The position numbers and the translations under genes are program-made. DNA of 64,000 nt from Elainellaceae cyanobacterium (GTDB taxonomy: Bacteria > Cyanobacteriota > Cyanobacteriia > CAZCXK01). A model generated the notes under the pieces. That model ran no database searches and was not told where the DNA came from. It saw only the letters and a program-made list of their open reading frames with translations. This document shows, in pieces, positions 59,498 through 64,000 of the stretch. Positions within the stretch are counted from its first letter, which is position 1, and each line of letters begins with the position of its first letter. The stretch covers positions 1-64,000 of the forward strand of contig JBNPEG010000013.1 of NCBI GenBank assembly GCA_051117555.1. Direction: 5' to 3'.

Positions 59498-59692
59498 GTG
59501 ACCCCTAAAAGCGGTTTGTTTCTCGCAGGCTCTTGTATAATGGCGATCGCCGCCGTCGGTTCAGTCTTTGAACTCTCCTCTGGAACACCACAGCTCGGCA
59601 GCTCGATTACAACTGTAATTTTGATTCTAAGTATTCCGTTGGCTGGCATTCTTTTTTATGCGGCTGTGCGAGATGCACGCGCGAATCAGTGA
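59498..59692 (+). CDS. Small two-TM conserved cyanobacterial membrane protein
   Basis: LFLAGSCIMAIAAVGSVFEL…LILSIPLAGILFYAAV. Confidence 0.7.
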   Translation: MTPKSGLFLAGSCIMAIAAVGSVFELSSGTPQLGSSITTVILILSIPLAGILFYAAVRDARANQ

Positions 59693-59822
59693 GCGTGAAT
59701 ATTAGTCATAATCTGAAGTTCCTTGCTTATTACTAGCAATATCGTCCTGGGTGCTACTCCGCATCTAACGTTGCCGGTTTGCTGTTCATTCTGCTCACAT
59801 CCTCGCTACGGCATCCTCAACG

Positions 59823-61217
59823 ATGACCGAACCTTATCATCAAACTACAGCTTTGCTTTGGCGGCTTTTCCCCGGGAGCCGAAAGCGATCAGAATACCAC
59901 CATCTATCATCTGATAGAGAGTTTACGGTGGGACGCGACCCTCGATGTGATGTAACCTTCGATTACTTGATTCATAGCGAGGTGTCTCGTCAACACCTAA
60001 AAATTTGCTCCTTGCCCAACGCTTTCGGACTGTGGCAAGTTTGTGATCTCAACAGTTCAAATGGCACGTATGTTAATGGCGAGCGCGTGCGTGATTGCCG
60101 TATTTTGAATCACGGCGATATTATTTCACTCGGTCGTCGAGGTCCTCAATTTATCTTTGAATTGCAGTTTTATCAACCGTTTCAGCAAGACCCTTCCCAT
60201 TTTCTTGACTCTCCTGAACTGACCACAAAAGCATCGACAAGCCGTGCTATCTCTCGATCTGGATCACGTCCATCTAATCCGTTTAACGCGACTGACCCCG
60301 CAACTCTAACTCAGCTCTTCCCTATCATTTCTACAGGGCGCGAGCTGGCGCAAAAAGCTCACTTGATACCGGTCATCATTACCATTTCGTTTGTTGTTCT
60401 GATGTTTGCCGCTGTGGGTCAGACAGAATGGTTTAACTTTTTGTTAGCAGCCTACATATCAGGGGCTGCTTATTATTTTGTGTATCGTCTTTGCGATAAG
60501 CGAAAGCCATGGTGGCTCATTGTCGCGTCAGCAACGATAACCGCGCTTTTATTGGTCAGCCCACTTCTTCAAGGATTTTTGTGGTTTTTTCGAGGAGTAT
60601 TACCTGGGCAACCTCAAAGCGATTCAACCTCAGTTAATCTCATCAGCTTAGTGTTCCAAATGTTCATTGGAGCTGGGCTGATGGAAGAACTCATTAAGGC
60701 AATTCCGGTGCTCTTGGCCTATGTGATTGGGATGACTGTAAAGTCAACTCATCGTCAAGAGCAAATTGGGATTCGTGAACCTTTAGACGGTATTTTGCTA
60801 GGTACAGCCTCGGCAATCGGTTTTACACTAGTCGAGACGTTGGGTCAATACATTCCTGCTATGGTCAACAGTGTCGCAGCGGGAGGGGAGACAGGAGATC
60901 TGATGGGACTACAACTTCTGATTCCTCGCATTCTTGGCTCAGTCTCAGGGCACATGGCATATAGCGGGTACTTCGGTTATTTCATTGGGCTGAGCGCATT
61001 TAAACCCCGCCAACGATGGAAAATTTTAGGCATTGGCTATTTAAGCTCATCGGTCTTGCATGCCCTCTGGAATGTGATGGGGTTCATTAACCCCATCGTT
61101 TTAGCTTTAGTAGGCGTGCTTTCATATGCATTTTTAGGCGCAGCCATTCTTAAAGCTAGAACGTTTTCTTTACATGAGTCGCAGCAAGGGGATAGTCACT
61201 CTACACACATGCCTTAA
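59823..61217 (+). CDS. FHA-domain PrsW-family glutamic intramembrane protease
   Basis: FHA motifs VGR…VSRQH…SSNGTYVNG. PrsW motifs EELIK, GFTLVE, GHMAYSG, LHALWN. Confidence 0.9.
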   Translation: MTEPYHQTTALLWRLFPGSRKRSEYHHLSSDREFTVGRDPRCDVTFDYLIHSEVSRQHLKICSLPNAFGLWQVCDLNSSNGTYVNGERVRDCRILNHGDIISLGRRGPQFIFELQFYQPFQQDPSHFLDSPELTTKASTSRAISRSGSRPSNPFNATDPATLTQLFPIISTGRELAQKAHLIPVIITISFVVLMFAAVGQTEWFNFLLAAYISGAAYYFVYRLCDKRKPWWLIVASATITALLLVSPLLQGFLWFFRGVLPGQPQSDSTSVNLISLVFQMFIGAGLMEELIKAIPVLLAYVIGMTVKSTHRQEQIGIREPLDGILLGTASAIGFTLVETLGQYIPAMVNSVAAGGETGDLMGLQLLIPRILGSVSGHMAYSGYFGYFIGLSAFKPRQRWKILGIGYLSSSVLHALWNVMGFINPIVLALVGVLSYAFLGAAILKARTFSLHESQQGDSHSTHMP

Positions 61218-61299
61218 CAAGAAAAACGGGATTTAGAGAAAAATGAAATTTAGAAACATCCCTACTGACCCGCGCAATCACAGCATTAGCGATCGCCAC

Positions 61300-61914
61300 T
61301 TACTGCTCTGATGAATTTCTAGCCGGAAGTTGGGCAATGGCATATCGAGCGATCGCCAAACTGAGTCGAGCCTGCTCTACACCCGACAAGTCAGTCCAGG
61401 CGGCATAGCGGACCGATCGAAGCGCAGCTTCGAGTTGATCTGTGTTCGAGCCTCTCATTGAGAACGCCAAGGGACGTGCTAAAACCTGCAAATCATCATC
61501 CCCCCAATTGGGCAATAGATCATTGACACACCGAACAAGCTGTTCTGCTAAGGACAAATTTGCTGTCAATACGCGCTGAGCCTGCTCAGCAATGCTGAGC
61601 AAAACCGGTTGAGGGACTCGAGTCCCGAAGCGGGATACTAGCTCGGTGTGAAGTTCTTGAACTTGCTCAGGCGAGGATGCTGTGTCCCAGATTTGGTCTA
61701 ATTGAGCGAAAAAGCGTTGACTCCGACTTGCGATGTCCTCTGTTGGCCAATCCGAAGCAACAGACTGCTCTAATTCTTCGAAATACGCATCTGCTTCTAC
61801 TTGGCTTGGTTCCCACGGATAGGAAGAATCAACATTAAAGATAAGCTTCACGAGTTCTAGCTCTGCTTCTGCTTGAAATCGAGAAATCGGGGTGTTTGAG
61901 GAATCGCTGTTCAT
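61300..61914 (-). CDS. Conserved cyanobacterial hypothetical protein
   Basis: YPWEP…LAEQLVRCV…WGDDDLQVLARPLAFSMRG…EQARLSLAIARYA. The start could instead be 61953. Confidence 0.75.
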   Translation of the reverse strand: MNSDSSNTPISRFQAEAELELVKLIFNVDSSYPWEPSQVEADAYFEELEQSVASDWPTEDIASRSQRFFAQLDQIWDTASSPEQVQELHTELVSRFGTRVPQPVLLSIAEQAQRVLTANLSLAEQLVRCVNDLLPNWGDDDLQVLARPLAFSMRGSNTDQLEAALRSVRYAAWTDLSGVEQARLSLAIARYAIAQLPARNSSEQ

Positions 61915-62014
61915 CGGGCTGCTCCTAAAATATGCATCAACCAAACCTGACATCAGTAGCTACACCATCGCATTAAAGCGTTCCGTAACTCATACGTAAT
62001 TTACGAAAATTGTT

Positions 62015-63685
62015 TCAGGTTTCAGGGGAGGATGTTGACCCATCGATTACAAATTCAAGCACTTGGCTTTGAGAACTTCCAAACTTGAGCTGAGTTTTTG
62101 ACTGGAGCTGAACCTCTTGCCGATGCACTTTCTGCCATCCGTTGACGCCTAAGACCAAGGTGCCAAAGCGAGAGAAATCTCGTAAATAAAATGAGGGTTC
62201 CCGTTGCCCTGCTAAAAATGTATCTCGATAAAAAATCTCGGCGTGCTTTCGAGAAACGCCCGGATCGTGCAAGACCAAATCATTTCCTTCCCATTTTCCG
62301 ACTCGCATGATGCCACCTTGAATTCGCCATACCTGAGGATGTGAGCCCAGAGAACGAATCGATGCAGCCGGAGTGTTGCGACCAATCCAGGTGGATGAAT
62401 TGACAGGAATCTCAGTGACTCCTTCCGAAAGCGGACGCATTAATTCTCCATTAAACTCTGGGTGCATATAAAGCACGGGCAGAGTCCAAGCAGGCTGATT
62501 AAATTTATAGAGTGTCAACAAATGCTGACGGGCGATCGCCACTGCCCGATCGACGGATGACCGATCAACCAGCGCTTGGGCAAAGACGTCGATAAAACTC
62601 AATGCTTCTCGGTCGGCAATAGAGTCCCGCATTGCCAGCACGGCTGGAACTCCGTGGTGAATCAGAACTTCAGCCAGACTGCTGCGCGGAACCGCGTCCT
62701 GAGAGACACGATCAGATTGAGCGCCCCAGCAGGCATTGAAAACTGCTAGCTTAACTTGACAGCGTGTCAGGACCTGTGCCAATTCCGTGCCATTGATGGT
62801 GGCATCCGGTCGAAGAAATAGCAAGCCCCCACTTGGAGCAGGTTCGCCATGACCTGAATAGAATAAAACATTATAGCGACGAGTTTCGAGTTGGTCGATG
62901 AGTTCTGCTTCAGTGGGTTGCACGAGCGTTGTCACAGAAGACAACATCGGCGAATCAAAGTTTTCTCCATGTCGCGATGTTGACTGTTCTAAAATCCCAG
63001 TGAGCGTTTCCGCTTCCTGTTCAAGTTCAAGGACGGATTTGGCTGCACCAACATCTGCTGAGGGTCTAGCGATCGCTTCATCTTGACCCAAAACCAACAA
63101 AATATCGAGGGACTGATCTGATCGTAAGGGGGGTAAGGGATCAACTGCGCTTGTCGTGCGACTAAATAAAATCTGCTGACTCAGAGAGACGGCTTGTTTA
63201 CCCGGCTCCGGCTGCATGATTTCCCAGGGAAGGCTAATCAAATTTGGATCTCGAATCTCCAGGCGTAATCGCAGGGGTTTACCCTGACCAATTGCGATTC
63301 CCTGGCTTTGGCGAAAGCTGCCTTGGATCGGTCCATCAACGAGCCATTGCCAAAGGCTTACTCCTAAATACTGCATCAGGCGACTGCTGTAACTCGTCGT
63401 CTGCCCCGATGGCATCATATCTGTACCATTGAAGACAGGCGGCAGGACAGCAAAGGCATCCATGTTGAAGGCAACCTGAGACATGCCATCAGAGTTTTGA
63501 GTTGTAGCGAACATGCTCTGCCATGCTTGCCAAGCCTGTGTTAGCGAATCAGTCCACAAACGGTCGTAGTGAACATAGCCCTCTGGTGAAGGGGCACGCA
63601 ACACCCAGATTGCGTAATGGTCTGGATCGGCAGCTTGTAAGCGAGCGATCGCCAGGCTTAAGCAGGGAATCTCAAACAACGGCAT
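62015..63685 (-). CDS. CHAT (caspase-HetF) domain protein with a C-terminal FHA domain
   Basis: LRLRLE…LPWE, YSGHG (His), VFNACW (Cys), AVLAM, PAWTLPVLY. FHA motifs VGK…VSRKH…SRFGT. Confidence 0.88.
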   Translation of the reverse strand: MPLFEIPCLSLAIARLQAADPDHYAIWVLRAPSPEGYVHYDRLWTDSLTQAWQAWQSMFATTQNSDGMSQVAFNMDAFAVLPPVFNGTDMMPSGQTTSYSSRLMQYLGVSLWQWLVDGPIQGSFRQSQGIAIGQGKPLRLRLEIRDPNLISLPWEIMQPEPGKQAVSLSQQILFSRTTSAVDPLPPLRSDQSLDILLVLGQDEAIARPSADVGAAKSVLELEQEAETLTGILEQSTSRHGENFDSPMLSSVTTLVQPTEAELIDQLETRRYNVLFYSGHGEPAPSGGLLFLRPDATINGTELAQVLTRCQVKLAVFNACWGAQSDRVSQDAVPRSSLAEVLIHHGVPAVLAMRDSIADREALSFIDVFAQALVDRSSVDRAVAIARQHLLTLYKFNQPAWTLPVLYMHPEFNGELMRPLSEGVTEIPVNSSTWIGRNTPAASIRSLGSHPQVWRIQGGIMRVGKWEGNDLVLHDPGVSRKHAEIFYRDTFLAGQREPSFYLRDFSRFGTLVLGVNGWQKVHRQEVQLQSKTQLKFGSSQSQVLEFVIDGSTSSPET

Positions 63686-63789
63686 GTATGTACAACGTAA
63701 ACCTCATGAATTCGCGTATTTACTTAAAAGTCTATCGGGTCTGATAGCAGAGGTGAAAGTTAAAAGAGTACCAAAATCATGGATCGATG

Positions 63790-64000
63790 TTAACGACATT
63801 CACCGAGTTGGGATGCAGTCAGATTTGGGTTAGGCAATACAAGTGGAGACACTTGAGTTTCTTGAATCCACCCAACATCACCGGGTTCTAATAATCGAGG
63901 TGATAAAGGAACTGAAGCACTTGGATTGGGTTCTGGAGAATCGGACGAGGATGACACACTATTGTCAGGAACATCTGTCAAACCCGGGACAGAGCATACT
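63790..64000 (-). CDS. 3' end of an upstream gene (partial, runs off the window)
   Basis: Open frame to the window edge ending …PGDVGWIQETQV…GECR*. Product not identifiable from this fragment. Confidence 0.55.
   Translation of the reverse strand, partial: VCSVPGLTDVPDNSVSSSSDSPEPNPSASVPLSPRLLEPGDVGWIQETQVSPLVLPNPNLTASQLGECR

Noticed and set aside
2800..63660. Very frequent GCGATCGC palindromes
   Set aside because: This is the well-known cyanobacterial HIP1; used only as a marker of native versus foreign DNA.

Overview
Cyanobacterial chromosomal segment: the HIP1 octamer GCGATCGC is abundant and the genes are cyanobacterial-type (gshA, rne-rnhB, 4-ACT lysC, 6S RNA). Most of it is core or housekeeping: dinB, gshA, trmL, a LysM/M23 peptidase, tRNA-Met, larB, queF, a radical SAM protein, rne, rnhB, pheA, dprA, lysC, exbBD, rseP-nth-rpsN, ssrS, aat, ftsX and def. 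There are two accessory zones. (i) 1-2606 holds the end of an ISAs1-family element inserted into a frameshifted YeeA/MmeI-like DNA methyltransferase, which also carries an in-frame palindromic-repeat insertion and an AT-rich specificity region. (ii) About 13.9-16.6 kb, just downstream of tRNA-Met, holds decayed toxin-antitoxin genes separated by an 86-bp element with integron attC geometry, small unannotated ORFs and several MITE/REP-like elements. Other notable structures are four tandem family-5 ABC substrate-binding lipoprotein genes coupled to queF with no permease or ATPase nearby, and an FHA-PrsW plus CHAT-FHA protease pair at the right end. No CRISPR array or rRNA was seen. All calls come from reading motifs by eye; no database searches were run.
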